From NCBI RefSeq assembly GCF_009914755.1, contig NC_060938.1: a stretch of 64,000 nucleotides of DNA, one strand, 5' to 3'. The translations under genes and the position numbers were made by a program. Source of the stretch: the human T2T-CHM13v2.0 reference genome, Homo sapiens. The stretch's first letter is position 1, and the number at the start of each line of letters is the position of its first letter. The notes beneath the pieces are model-generated. The model was given only the letters and a program-made list of their open reading frames with translations. It was not told where the DNA came from and did no database searches. This document shows positions 1 to 18,713 of the stretch, piece by piece.

Positions 1-59
1 CAAACAATGATTGAGAGAGCAGGCTCTGGATCTGATCTTGGTAAAGTACAGATCTGATT

Positions 60-140
60 CTGTCAGGCCTGAGAATCTGCATTTCTATCAAGCTCTGAGA
101 TGAGGATGCAGTTGGTCAGGGACCACATCTTGAGTGGCAG
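60..140. mobile_element. MER5-family hAT-Charlie fragment
   Basis: gaatctgcatttct...gggaccacatcttgagtggcag resembles the MER5A end; boundaries approximate. Confidence 0.55.
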
Positions 141-193
141 GGAGTTAGTTGACCTTGGGCAAGTTACTCAGTTCCTCTAAAAGGAACTGAACC

Positions 194-345
194 CAGGACT
201 GATCACATAATTTTTTAGTCCTGGTGCAAAAGGAAAATGCCAAGCCCTTGGTTCAAAATTAGTATGAATTTTAAGACCTTGACAGTAGAGAATGAAAACA
301 GGCACAGGGCCTTTCAAATTGCAGGGGACCCTATGCAACTGCCTA
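194..345 (-). mobile_element. MER45A-like hAT MITE interrupting a MIR (MIR pieces ~148-180 and ~374-420)
   Basis: Reverse complement ...catttt(cc)ttttgcaccagg...aaattatgtgatcagtcctg matches the recalled MER45A end; flanks read gaccttgggcaagttact and catgtaaagcacttagaa (MIR). Confidence 0.55.
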
Positions 346-1105
346 AGCCTCAGAGGGTTGGAAGACTCAACAAAGTTAACCATGTAAAGCACTTAGAAAG
401 CACCTGGGCATGGTAAATCCATGAAAATGTCCCTGATCATGATTGCCTAGCCCAGAACAGCCTCTCCTTGAACATCGGGATTGTCAGACTGAGCTTATGT
501 GGACCGACCTCCACTTTACAGGGGAGGAAGTTGAGCCCCACAGCAGGAGTTTGAAGAATAAAGGTTGGGTGAATGGGGTGACTTGTGGAGGCCAAGCTCA
601 GGCCACCAGACACCCAGGCCAGGGCTCCTCCTTCTGGGCCATCTCCTCAATGGACAAAAAGAAAAAGTGATGACGGCAGCAAGATAACACTACCACCATC
701 GCTCAGAAATACCAAAGAGAGTGTGAGCCTGTCTGGATGGATGAATGAAGGAGGGCCTATAGGAACGATCCTAGCCGTTAACTCACCTGTTGGGCTTCTA
801 GAGATGTGCATTCGGAGCCATTGGTAAGAGCATGGAATTACGTGGAAACTGCAGAGGGGCCCTCCAACACTTTGCCTCTGAAATGGACCTAGGCTATTGT
901 GCTTTGCGGGTTCTCGGTCTGCTTTCCCTAGTTTTGCTATCTCTGCCCTTATCTCCACTGCCACTTCTCATTGCTGTTAGGCTGTCCATCTCCCGCAGCT
1001 ACTCCATAAATTGCTGGCAGTCTGATAGACAAATAACCTGAGTTATTAGGATGGTGCTTAAAATAAGGATAAATGGCATCTGACTGGTATCCGGTCAGTC
1101 ATGAA

Positions 1106-1575
1106 TGTTGCAATGTTTTGACATCTTAGAATACCCTCTAGCTGGGGAGAGATTGCCTCTCTCAGGGCCTAGCCAGTTCCTAGAAATAGCAAGGGCTCAG
1201 CTGAGAGCATGCTTTTGATGTACAAACTAACCAATCCTTCACCATCTGGCCTATACACCCAGGGAGACAATATTCCTCATCTTAATCATCCCAGGGCAAG
1301 GTATCAGGCAACTAGGGACCACTCCTATAGCTTAGAGCACCCTCCATAACATTCAAACTAGCCAGTCCAAAACTGTTCACCTTGTCCTGCCTTGCCTTCC
1401 CCTTGAAAGCCCCAATAAAGGCTCTGACCTAACGCTTTCCCCTGGCTCCTGTCTTCTGCCCCCTGACCACCCTGGTGTCTTCCCCCGTGTGGTATGCCAT
1501 GTCTTACACAGCTAGCATATGGCCGAGGACCTGTGAGTGTAATACACTCTGTGTGAATTTGCTCTTGATTTTAGC
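1106..1575 (+). mobile_element. ERVL solo LTR, MER74/MER73 family
   Basis: ctagccagttcctagaaatagc, aaactaaccaatcc, ggcaactagggac, cattcaaactagcc and aataaaggctct occur in consensus order. Confidence 0.65.
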
Positions 1576-1789
1576 CACGCAACTCACCGTGATGCCTGGC
1601 ACATGGGTGCTATGCCATAAACATGGGCTGAATAAGTTAAATGAATAAAGGTAGAGGAGGCCTGTCCACCACAGATCTTTCTATTCCTTTCCACAAAGAA
1701 GTTGGGCCTGCCCAGACTGATCAGCAGTACTGTAATTTGTGCATCCCAGTTCACCCCTAACTTCTTCTCTCATACATGGAAGAAAATGC

Positions 1790-2330
<541 letters not shown>

Positions 2331-3073
2331 GAAAGGGCCAAAAAGGGGTTGGGGGAGGGCATTTGTTTGCAAGATTGAATTTTTAAAATTAAGTGACTGT
2401 CTGTAGTGACCTCTAAGAGAGTACTCATGACATAATTTTGTAATTATTTTTTACCTGTGAACATGCCTCACCTCCACCCTCCACAGCCAGCTTCTTCATG
2501 AACAGAAACTGTATTTTAGGACTCTGCTTCCCCAGTCCCTGGCACAGTCTAGGCACCCACAGTGTTGACAGAAGAGGGGGCTCTGAAGGGGGCCAAGAGT
2601 GAAAGGTGGGGAGGGACCACAGGTGAGGGAGGGGAGGGGTCCTTTGCTAGAACCAGGGAACTCAAAGGGAAAGTGGGCATCAGGGTGCTCATAGCATAGG
2701 AAAGGGGAAGTGGTAAGTCTGAGAAAAGGTGGGAGAGGGTTGCGGCAAACCTTGGCACAGTCTGGAGAGAACCGCAGAGAGGAAAGGAAGGGTGTAGAGC
2801 CTGAGGTTTATGCCAACACAGCTTCTTCCTTTAGGCTTCATAATATTTCTTCCATCTCACTGGGCATTGTTTCCTCCCAGCAAGGTGAGTGTGTGGCTGT
2901 CACAATATCCAGAAGTGTCCAAGTGCAAGTGAGCCCTGGGGTGGGTGTTACTGATGGCTCCTGGAATAGTTGGAGGAACGAAAGACTTTTAAATCCACTT
3001 CCTTTTTCCCACCCATATGGTCTAATGGAATTGAATGCTTAACACCAGGCACTTTTTTAAAAAGTAGGGAGGA

Positions 3074-3763
<690 letters not shown>

Positions 3764-3860
3764 CTAGTCTTCCTTCCTATGGTCCCAGTCTCAGCATCCG
3801 GCATTCTCCCTGGTCTTGGGTCATGACCTGTCTGAGCAGGGTCCTGCTGAGACTTCCACT

Positions 3861-5162
<1,302 letters not shown>

Positions 5163-5683
5163 AATGAAAAAATTTAATAACCGGCTTATCCTGCCTGAAA
5201 CAAAACATCTCTGAGTGGTTTACTAAACACATCAAAACCCAAAACACACCCAGTATCTAACATTTAAAATATTCAGTATGACTCTCAGATTACCTTTTCC
5301 TGCGGAGAGACAAGCAGAACAACAGTCTCGAAAAGATTCCCCACACAAAGGAGACTATTGTGTGGTCCGACAGGATCTCTGGGCTGAGTTGGGTAGTTGC
5401 TGAGGAGGGTAGAGGGTTTGAGCTTCACCCTTGGGGTTTTCAATGGTGATCTCAGCAAGGGAGTTAAGAATCAAAGCCCTGGGACCATGGCTGTGAAACC
5501 TTTGAAAGTAGGAGAACAGCTGTCATGTGCCCTGTGGGAGTTTCACTATCTGCTGCCTCTTCGCTGTTGGCACAGTCAGTGTGTGCCCCTTAAAACACAA
5601 GTGGCCGGTGCGATTGCCTTCAGCAGCAGCAGACTGTGAAACGGTAGGCTGCCGGGTTCGGGGGACAGTGTGGATAATGTCTA

Positions 5684-6005
<322 letters not shown>

Positions 6006-6161
6006 TAAGAGACAACGTCTGCAGATTCCTAGGGCTTATAGCTCAGGGGCAGAGGAGTCAGAAGTCACCTAGTCCTCCCCAGGCCTCCGCAGGCTCCAGG
6101 ACTCTTCCCTCTGCCCACTGGGAAAAACTAGATGAGCCAAAGCAATGGGAAAGCTGGAGTG

Positions 6162-6251
6162 TTGGAGGTAGCTAGAGTGTATTGTGTCGCGCGGGGGAGG
6201 GAGGGATTGGAGGTAGCCAGAGTGTATTGTGTCACGCGGGGGAGGGAGGGA
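6162..6251. repeat. 45-bp tandem duplication (2 copies, 2 mismatches)
   Basis: ttggaggtagc(t/c)agagtgtattgtgtc(g/a)cgcgggggagggaggga at 6162-6206 and 6207-6251. Confidence 0.95.
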
Positions 6252-6413
6252 TGCTTCAGGCGGCTGATGACTATGGGGATGTGGGTGGCGTACTCCAGTA
6301 GAAAAGCTACACTGTAATATTTGTGACAGTCCCGTTAACTGTAAAGCACTATCCAAATGCCATTATAAAATCATCCTGTTGTCGACAATTTTAAGAGAAA
6401 AACTTCTGCCCAG

Positions 6414-6432
6414 TTGCCACTAGAGGGTGACC
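6414..6432 (+). promoter_or_regulatory. CTCF motif, forward
   Basis: ttgCCACTAGAGGGtgacc matches the CTCF core; adjacent to a CpG-rich patch. Confidence 0.6.
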
Positions 6433-6730
6433 GAGTCCCGCATAGTTGAGAAGGTCTCGGGCAGGGAAGGGCCCTTGGTCTACAAACGGAGAGGGTATGA
6501 GAGGGCAGCTCTGGCTGGCTGTGGCCGTGGAAATGCGGCCTTCGGCGGGCCCTGGGTTCCAACGCGAAGTTGAAGCAGGCCACCTTTGTCAGGGGCTTCC
6601 GTCGTTGTTCTCTGGAATCCCAACACCCTGCCGCGAACACACTCAGGTGGAACCCCAGGTCGGCGGCCCAGGGCTCTACCCACCGGCTTCCCACGAGAGC
6701 TCCGTCTTAAGACTTACCGTCGCCATTCAT
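6430..6730. promoter_or_regulatory. Small CpG-rich non-repeat element (candidate promoter/enhancer)
   Basis: About 20 CpGs counted in ~300 bp against a CpG-poor background. Confidence 0.55.
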
Positions 6731-6874
6731 TTTCAGTTCTTATTCCCAGGGCTCTACTAAATACCACCTACTCTGAGAAACTCATTTACGCTAAGGAGCT
6801 AATAATGGCAGACAACGATTTAGTTTTTAGCCCTTTCGGGGACACTCATACTTAGGAGATTTGGTTTCTTTTAA

Positions 6875-7336
<462 letters not shown>

Positions 7337-7504
7337 GACAATGCCTTTTTAGCCTCCACCTATGCCCAGACCCCCATGGTCAGCTGGGCACACCTCTGAC
7401 TGCTTCCAGTGCAGCAGCAGAGGACCCACCCACACCCACATGCAAGGACGCCCTCGGTGCACTAGCCCAAAGCTCTATCCTGCTCCCCAAGATTGGAATA
7501 ATAT

Positions 7505-7750
7505 TCACAGCTAACACTTAGAGCACTTATGTGCCTAGCACTTTTCCAAGTGCTTGTACATATTTAATCTTCACTACACAGTAGGGGAGAACTCTTACCA
7601 TTGCATTACCTTGTTTCACAAAGGAGGAATTTGAGGCCCAGAAAAGTTAAGTACTTTGTCCAAGTCACACAGCTGGTACGTGGAAGAGCCAAGATTCCAA
7701 CTCAGGCCATCTGACTCATCGGCCAGGTTTCTCACCAGCACACACACTGC
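7505..7750 (-). mobile_element. MIR
   Basis: Reverse MIR core gaggcccagaaaagttaagtactttgtccaagtcacacagct. Confidence 0.75.
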
Positions 7751-8258
7751 CTCTGCAGAGAGCGGGTGAAACTGCATTGTCAGTCTGTCCTCACCAGCTA
7801 TTCCCTCACCAGAACTCAAGGCCAGACCCTCACCCTACTCAACGCTGCCCCTTCCTTCCAACCTCAGGCTTGAGGGCCTGGCCTCCTTCCTTTAGTATTA
7901 GTTATCATCTGCCGGCTGCTCCTGAAGCTCTCCCCACTGCTGCCCTGGGCTGTAGGGGGCCTGCTGGAGAGAGAAGCAGGCGTTGGTTTGGAGGAGCCAG
8001 GTGAACTTTGTGCAGCCTCTCTTATCACGCTCTGTAAGCAGTCAGCCACCTCATCTGATTAGCTGGTGTTGGTCTCCTTTAAAGATGGAATTTTCCCATT
8101 AGAGTCAAATGAGAGCAGGATCACAGAGTTAGAAGGAATGTGAAGGCTCAAGACCCGTATTCTCTTGTTTTATACAAAATAAGAGCCCACAGAGATTAAA
8201 TAACTTGCTCAAGTTCACAAAGCTCAGCTGGGCTGAAGCCATGACTAAAATGGGATCA

Positions 8259-8885
<627 letters not shown>

Positions 8886-8889
8886 AATG

Positions 8890-9160
8890 ATGAAAACTAA
8901 CATTCCTTAAGGTTTTACCGCATGCCAGATACAGTACCAGCACCAAGCTGGTACTTAGATACATTATCTCAGTTAATTCTTTCAACAGCGCTACAAGTAA
9001 CAGCTTTAAGAGCTCTGTTACCTTCCTCATTTTACAAATGAAGAAACAGATTCCAAGAGATTCCAAGAGATTAAGTAACTTCCTCAAGATCACGTGGCTC
9101 ATAAACTGTGGAGCAGATGGTACCCAGGTTTGTCTTTGACTCCAAAGTCGCTGCTCTTAA
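8890..9160 (-). mobile_element. MIR
   Basis: cctcattttacaaatgaagaaacagat...gattaagtaacttcctcaagatcac. Confidence 0.75.
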
Positions 9161-10230
9161 TGATTAAGGCACACAAGGGAATCACAAGCACTCTGATAAA
9201 ACTCCTGCGAGAGGAGCCCGAACCTGGCTATGCCTTGGTTGGAGCTGAGGCACGGGTACGATGGGACATGGAGACAGGCCACAATCACACATTCCAGTCC
9301 CCTCCACAAAACCACAGAGCTTGGATGACATGGACCCAGATTTCCCTGGGACAGAGCTTGAACCCTGTATACTCAGGTTCATCTATACAGAGTCAGGCTG
9401 GGAAGGGTAGATTATAGGGAATAACATACGGGCCTAGGGAGGAAAAATACCCACTGTAAGTTAGGAAGGATCCAGGCCTAGGGGACAAGGTGGCTCTTGT
9501 TCCTGTGCAAGCCTGTGCCGGACCCACGCCTGGTCCCCTGGAATGCCTGGGTGCTCTCAAGGGGAGGGCTGTATGGTAAAGCAGAAAGAGCCTTCCCACG
9601 TGGGCTCACGTGACTTTGCTATAAGCCCTCCATCCTAAGGAAAGAAGAAGCAGGAGTGCTTTCTCAACTGGCAGAGTGGTGACCGAGTGGAGTGTCACAT
9701 CAACTGGTGTCAATGGCATCACGGGGATAAGATCTGGAGGAGGCAGGTGGCAACGGGGCCTGTGGAGTGGAGTCTTGGTGGAGGGGCTGGGCAGTGAGTG
9801 ACCGGTGCAATATCAGGCGCTGCCCCAGGACATTGACTTGATGAAAGGCCCAGAGACCTCAGGACTTTGGAGGGCCTGCTCATCAGTAAGGGGCAGAGAG
9901 CTCCTCATTAAGTGGACCACAAAGCTTAACGTCCCATTCTGATCCCCTGAGGATTCTGTGATCAAAGCAGTCCCTTCCTGCTGTGACTTTGGTATGAGCA
10001 TAAAGCCTCAAAGTGTGCAGGGCTGGGGATCGGGGCACCAGCTTCCCAAATACGCCTTTGTGTTTACATACAATCCTATAGGTGCCCCAACAACCTGGCA
10101 GGAGAGTCCCTATTCTCTCTAGATTTCAGAAAGACAAATCAAACCATGGGAAATCCATGGCAGGCATGAACAGCTAATTCTAGTTCACCAAATCTGGGCT
10201 AACAAGAGCAGATAAAAAGGGTTCAGCATA

Positions 10231-11068
<838 letters not shown>

Positions 11069-11231
11069 TTATTTAATGTGTTCATGTTGCGCTCACAGTG
11101 ATTACCCTTAAATTTTTTAACATATTCTTTTCAATATGTACATGAAAATGTCACATAGAACAAAATGGAATATAGTGAGAAGTGTGTCTCTCCTGCCCCA
11201 CAGGCAGCCACTATGAATTGGTAACATCTGC

Positions 11232-11470
11232 CCAGTGCTTTCCAGCTTAAAGAATGTGTGCTCATAAATTATCTCGTCGGATCCCAGCAACAACTCCCTA
11301 AGATATGTTGGCCCTAAATCATTATTGTCTCCACTTACAGATGGGAAATCCAGCTCCAAGAGGTTAAATGATCTGCCCAGAGTTAGGCATCTAAAGAATG
11401 GCAGGACCAAGATTTAGACCCTGGTGGTCAGAGCCCAACTTCTGAAGCCTTTGAATTACACCACACTGCC
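11232..11470 (-). mobile_element. MIR
   Basis: ccacttacagatgggaaatccagctccaagaggttaaatgatctgccc. Confidence 0.65.
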
Positions 11471-11724
11471 TTCCTTGGCGAACGAGCCCTGGTTCTTAGA
11501 ACCTGGAATGTGCCATAAATAGTTCGCCTTCTGCAAAGAGAGACTTGCAGTTGGTCAGGAAACAGAAAAATATCTCCTGTCTTGAGTATTTACCTTCCAG
11601 AATGGACTGTTCATTCTCTGCTCTGAGACACGTTTACAAGGACACCTCTCTTCTGTGTTTTAGAGCATCGTACCTTTAAAAGTCAGCAGCGGGCAAGCTC
11701 TCAGGACAGACTATGTGAAGAGCC

Positions 11725-12157
11725 TGGTGTTCTAGGGCTGCCATGACAAATTGCCACAAACTGTGGGGCTGAAATAAACAGAAATGTATTCTCTCATGTT
11801 CAGGAGGACAGAAGTCCGAAACCAAGGTGTTGGCAGAGTTGGTTCTTTCTGGAAGCTCTGAGGGAGAATCTCGGGCTTCTCTGCTGCCTTATGGTGGTTG
11901 CCGGCAACCTGGGTGGTCCTGGGTTTGTAGGGGCATCACTCCAATCTCTGTTTTGGTGGTCGCATGTGGTGTTTTCCCTGTCTGTGTGTCTTTGTTTTCT
12001 CTTTTATAAAGTTCCCAGTCATTTGATTTAGGGCCCACCCTCATCTAGGTATGACCTCATTTTAAGTAATTATGTCTGCAGAGACCCTGTTTCCACATAA
12101 GGTCACATTCTGAGCTTCTTGTTGAGCTTGAATGTTAAGGAGACACCATTCAACGTA
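11725..12157 (-). mobile_element. MLT1B/C-type MaLR solo LTR
   Basis: agggctgccatgacaaattgccacaaact...gaagctctgagggagaatct...ataaggtcacattctgag. Confidence 0.75.
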
Positions 12158-12769
12158 GTCCTCTCTGTTTTTCTGTTTTGTTCAATAAATAGGGAGGGCA
12201 CTTTTAGAACATTCTGACTCTTCCTTAACCAGCCATGTCCCAACCCAGGAAGTTGATGCCCATCTTACAAGGAGGGCCAGAAAAAGGGAACAAGGCACAC
12301 AGAGGTATCCTCAGAGCTGATGGATGGCTGCTGGCAGATGCCCAGAAACAGGTGCTGGGCCTGGAGGGTGGAAGTATATACCATGGTAGCTACATGGTTT
12401 GGTGTCAAAATACTTGTATTTTAGTGAGCATGAGAATGAGAGTAAGAGTGGGACAGAGAGAAGAGAAAAGGGAGGGAGAAAGATGGCTTATTCACACACA
12501 AAAATTTAGTGGTTCAGAATTAATTTAACTTGGAATAAATGATTTTTTTTTCAAAGAAAATTTTAAAGTTGGAGGTATAGAGGAAAACGTGAAAGAATAC
12601 AGAGATGTACTTTGATCCTAATTGTGAAGTCTAAATAGTTAAAACTAAAATGGAATATAAAGACAAATGAGACGCATCCTATAATTCAACAACAACAACA
12701 ACAACAAACCCATTAAAACTCATCGGGAGTATGAATGGACAAAATATCAAAAAAATTTTTGTGGGGGAA

Positions 12770-13560
12770 AAAGAAGGAGGAGGGTAAACTTAAAAAAGCA
12801 GTCATCACTATATTTCACTGGGGTAAAGACAAGAAAAGTTGGCCAGGGTAATAGAAGAGACATACTCTACAGAAACAAATTCAAGCTATTTAAAGACTTG
12901 ATATAAGATGAATAAGCATCAACACAATGCTACAAGAAAGAATCACTGTTTAACAAATATCGTCTAAGTGGGTCATAAAAAGCCAGAGAAAATGGGAAAG
13001 CAAATGTGTTTCCACTGTGATGAGAAGAAAACATTTTGACTATTGATGAAATTAGATATCAGAGACAGGATGGACGGATCTAAATGTGTTTTTAAAAGCC
13101 TTTTGTGCCACAGAATGTAATAAAGCAAACACAAAAATGAAAGCCACAGATGGGGGAGAAATATATGTGGCAAATTAAGCTTTCTATCCAAAATAGCTAA
13201 AGAACAGATCTAACTATAAAAGGCCAGTATCCTGCTCCTTTTTGATAAGTACTCAAAGGAAATGAGCAGAGAGTTTACACACAATACTTCACATAGAAAA
13301 ATAGGCAGCCCCACCATGTATCTTGAATTTGCAATTTCAGTGAATTTTATAATGTTATAAAAATTAATATAAATGATAAAACAATGTTTGATTGTTCAAA
13401 TTCCCTGGATGCTAATTTGGCAAAACCTACAAAACAGTTCCTATCCTTTGATTCCATAATCCTAATTCTAAGGAAGTAGCTAAAGAAAACAGTTAGAACA
13501 AAGTCATTTCTACAAAGTGTTTGCTGCAGTATTATTCAAATAGAAAAAACAGAAACTAAC
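12770..13560 (+). mobile_element. Ancient L1M/L1ME ORF2-3' fragment
   Basis: A-rich degenerate L1 text (gacttgatataagatgaataagcatc; tatcctttgattccataatcctaattctaagg). Confidence 0.55.
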
Positions 13561-13583
13561 CACTTGCACAGTGATTTCTAAAT

Positions 13584-13710
13584 CAGTGTTTCTTAAAATG
13601 GGGCTGAAGGACTGTCTATATCAGAGAAGAATCGCTGATGGGAGCCTGGGAGTATTCATTTTATCAAGAAGGTCAGTTTATGAAACCACACTAAAGTTCG
13701 AGAGCCACTA
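13584..13710. mobile_element. MER5-family fragment
   Basis: cagtgtttcttaaaatg...cactaaagttcgagagccact termini. Confidence 0.55.
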
Positions 13711-13845
13711 GACTCTAAGCAAACCACAGACCATGAGAACATTTGGAGGACTAAAGAATGTTTCAGGTAACAGACCTGTTCATGCATAGAGGTGGGAAGA
13801 AGGAATAATGATGACAGCAGAGAGAACACCAAACCCTACAGGCAG

Positions 13846-14589
<744 letters not shown>

Positions 14590-15835
14590 GGCAGCAACAG
14601 CCCCTGTCTGAGATGCCCACAGGGCAGTGGCCACAACAGGGTATGGCGGCTAAAGTCATTGGAGTGTTGTAACACTGTGCTTTGTTTAAAAACTCATTAT
14701 GGTCATACAAGTTTTCTTTTATTTATCAAAGTCCCAGGGAGGTCACTGGAAGCAATAACAGAGCACCTACAAAGAATCTCCAGAACGCTTGCCTCAAGTC
14801 ATCCTTTTCTGGATGTCACTCCTTCCCTTTCTCTGTCTTGCACTCCCAGTCCCTGGGTGACTAACAGGACCTTTCTGCCTTCAACTCTGCCCAAGGCCTC
14901 CCATCCCATAAGCATCACCCCGCTGTGTCCTTGGCCACGTCCATTGGTGGTGCCAGCGGGTGGAGGTGTTGTCCTGTCCTTAGGACAGTTCACTGACCAC
15001 ACATTTTTGCATCAAATAAGGGGGAAAAAGAGCTTAGCAGGCAGTCTACTGGAGACTGCGGATGGTTAAGTATTTGCTTTTGAGGATGGGGAGGCAAGGC
15101 AGGTCTGATGGGATGTGTTGCTAAAGCAATTGTGAGCTTCTCTGGCTCCCAGAGGGCTTACTTCCCTTAGGGCTGATTCCCGAGGCACAGAAATGCCACC
15201 GTAGCTCTACTTCCCACAGAAGCCTCTTTACTGGAAACTACTGATCCATTCTTGCCTGGAGTCTTGGGGCTTCTTGCCAGTATCTGTGAATGTCACAGGA
15301 TACTACTGTCCAGCCAAGGTTGGCCAACCTCCTCCAAGAAGCCTGGGCAAATGCCCAGGATGCCAGGCCAGTAGGCGCCTGTGTGGGAGGGGAGAGTTCA
15401 CTCTATACCATGGAGTAGCTGGGGGATATTGGGGTAGCCAGGCCTAGCCCAGCAACATATCAAGCTTTTATTCGTTGCTTTCTGCAGCCGTAAGGGAGAA
15501 TACAAAGTCCTCCTTTCAAACTAGCACATCTGTTCCCTGGCCCTGCAATACCAGCTCTCACCCCTTCCTGGCTCTCTCACAGCTGCCCCCTCTAGGTGGT
15601 ACCCAGTCTTCTGCAGCCTTGCATGGTTCAGCCGAGGGAGCCCCTTTCCATATGGAGACCAGGCAGGGGAGAGTTTCTTCAGGACACCAGAGTGGGCATT
15701 AGGGAACTGTTAGTCTGCTCCCAGCCTCCATCTGGCACCCGATAATCTCACTGCCACGCCCAGTCCTTCCACAAGTTCCTCCCATAGGGTCAGAATCCAG
15801 CCCAGAGAGCAGGTTCCCAGACCTCTGTGCAGTGA

Positions 15836-15850
15836 GCTGCCCTCTGGAGG
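15836..15850 (-). promoter_or_regulatory. CTCF-like motif, reverse
   Basis: Minus strand CCTCCAGAGGGCAGC, one mismatch to CCASYAGRKGGCRSY. Confidence 0.35.
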
Positions 15851-15891
15851 GAGAGAGGAGAGGAGAGAAATGGCAGAGAAGACACCAGGCA

Positions 15892-16203
15892 GGCCAGGCG
15901 CTGTGGCTCACGCTTGTCATCCCAGCACTTTGGGAGGCTGAGATGGGAGGATCACATGAGCCCAGGAATTTGAGACCAGCCTAGGCAACAGAGTGAGACC
16001 CCATCTCTACAAAAAATTAAAAATATTAGCCAGGCTTGGTGGCACACACCTGTAGTCCCAGCTACATGGGAGGTTGAGGTGGGAGAATCACTTGAACCCA
16101 GAGGCCAAGGCTGCAGCGAGCCATGATTGCACCACTGCACTCCAGCCTAGGTGATGCAGCCAGACCCTGTCTCAAAAAAACAAACAAACAACAACAATAA
16201 AAA
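15892..16203 (+). mobile_element. Alu (AluJb-like)
   Basis: Full dimer; TSD aagacaccaggca / aaggcacctggca. Confidence 0.9.
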
Positions 16204-16254
16204 GGCACCTGGCAGATGGCTGGCATCCTGTTGTGACTTATATAATAGACCTTT

Positions 16255-16950
16255 CTTTCATCTTTAATCCCAAAGTACTTCTTGAGTGCCTACCTATGTG
16301 TGAAATGCTGTGCTGGGAAGCTACAATCATGAACAGACAGACATGATCCTGCCTTCGTGGAACTTGCAGTCCATGGTGGGGAGGCAAAAAATAAACAAGT
16401 GAGCAAAGTCACAAAATGATGTGAAATTGTAGTGAGTACGCAGAAGGAAATACACAGGTACAGCGATGGGAAATAAGTGGGCTTCTGCTTCAGATAAGAT
16501 GGTCAGGGAAGGCTGAGCTGAGCCTGGTTGGAGGGGTGGGCAGCGGCCAGATTAGGCAGACCAAGTTAGGAGATTTCCATTTTTGTCTGAGTCTAATGGG
16601 AAGTGATTGGAGGGCTCTAAGCAAGTGACACGGTCTGATTTCAATGTCCAAACCTCACGGCGGCTGTACGTCTGAGAATAGGCTGTGCGGGCAGCCGTGG
16701 GAGGAAGGAGAGCAGACAGGAGCCTCTCTAGCATCCAGGGGGAAGAGGATGCTGGCTGGGACTTGCTGGAGGAGGGGGGAGAGAGAGGTGGGAGGAAATG
16801 AGATGTATTTGGGAGGTTGTACCTAGAGGACTTACTGATGGGCTGGAGTGAGGAAGAGGAAACAGGCCTGAATCCCAGATTTCTAGCTTGAGCAACCCAA
16901 AGACGGGTGGTACCATTTACCACGGTGGAGGAGACTGGTGGGAGGCAGGT
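16255..16950 (-). mobile_element. L2 3' region
   Basis: ttgagtgcctacctatgtgtg...gaacagacagacatgatcctgccttcgtggaacttgcagtc; gatttctagcttgagcaac. Confidence 0.7.
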
Positions 16951-17696
16951 GGACAAAGAAGGGGGGTTGGGAGGAGGTTTTGCTGGTCTTTAGGCTTGTC
17001 CTGATTCCAAAGTCAAGAAAGTCATTATTTATGTGCCTTTCCTATCAGCCTATTAGACCTCATTTTTATATGTGGTTAAACTGTGGTTGAGCCCACTGAG
17101 TCAAGAGGGCTGAGAGATAGTACCAAGGAGCCAGTTTGGTATTTGGGGCGGTCTGCTCCTGGGACAAAGGGCTCCCAGTCTAGTGTCCGTGCTCCCCAGC
17201 TGTCACCCCCCTCCCAATCATCTCCCCAAGGTCCTTCAAGCCATGTTGGCAAAGCTCCCAGGACAGTATGCTCTGGCCCCAAGATGTTTTGTCTCATCCC
17301 TAATCTCCCCTGAGCCTCCCTCCTTTTCTCAAAATGTCTTTTCCAGTGCCCTGGCTTGGGTCAGTGTCTAGAAGGTGGGGTGATCAGGGGCTGGACCAGG
17401 AACCTGGCAAGCAGGGAGATTTGAGCCTGATGCTGGTTTCAGCTCCCAGCTGGTGTGGGCTTCTCAGTTCCCTTCTCTGAGAATTGTAGATTTCTGACTG
17501 CAAAATGGGACACAATCCTTCCTTTCTTTATGGGGTTAGAGGTAGGAGCTTTGGAGTCAGGAAGATCTCAGTTCAAATCCTAGCCAGCTATGTGACCTTG
17601 GGCAGGTCACCTCTCTAAACTACAGTTATATCACCTGTGAAACAGGAATAATAACCCCCTTCCTAGAGGACTCTGGTGAGTATAAAGCAAGATTAT

Positions 17697-18001
<305 letters not shown>

Positions 18002-18651
18002 CTAGATTATGAAGTTTTGGATTCTCACACCCAGAGGGTCAAGATACACGGCAGCTAGTGCTACTGTTCTTGCACATATAAGGAGACCATCCATCCATGA
18101 GGGCACAGGCAACAGGCATCAGTTCCTAAAGCAAGTGGGAAATGATAGGATGTGGGACCATGAGCCTTAGTCTACATGTCACAAGCCAGCACACACACAG
18201 ACTTCAGGCTGGCCTCTGCAGAGCTAGGAAAGTCCAAAGCACACTGGATATTGTTTTGTGACTTCATTATTTTGTCTCTGTGCCTCAGTGTCCCCGTCTG
18301 TGAAATGGGGATAATGCTTGTGCCTAGCTCATAGGTTGTTGTGAAGCTTCAGTGAGCTAGCTTTTTAATTGCTAAATATGTAAGGTGTTTAGAATAGTAT
18401 CAGGAATGGGCTCATTTTCCTCTTGTAGTAGTTGTAGGTTTTCATCAGTATGTGTCCTCTAGAAGGAAGATTTTCTTTAGTGCAGTAGACACTTCTCTTC
18501 TCTCAGCTGCAGAAGGAGGGAAGAATGGATAAGCACTGGGCTAATGACAATTTACAGACTGACAATTTGGGGAAAAGGTGCAAGGTTGAAAGATTCATCC
18601 TAGCATATTAGAGCTTGAAAATGGACCTAAGAGTTCCATGAAATTCAATAG

Positions 18652-18653
18652 TT

Positions 18654-18711
<58 letters not shown>
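18652..18711. repeat. (TTTC)15 microsatellite, tail of a tiny retroposed insert
   Basis: 15 exact TTTC units; bracketed by a 13-bp direct repeat. Confidence 0.95.

Positions 18712-18713
<2 letters not shown>

Noticed and set aside
6162-6251. Direct repeats considered as a CRISPR-like array
   Set aside because: Two abutting copies with no spacers, in eukaryotic DNA
15317-15330. Perfect 14-bp palindrome aggttggccaacct, and 7-8-bp stems near 5341, 8934 and 46679
   Set aside because: Several such short palindromes are expected by chance in 64 kb
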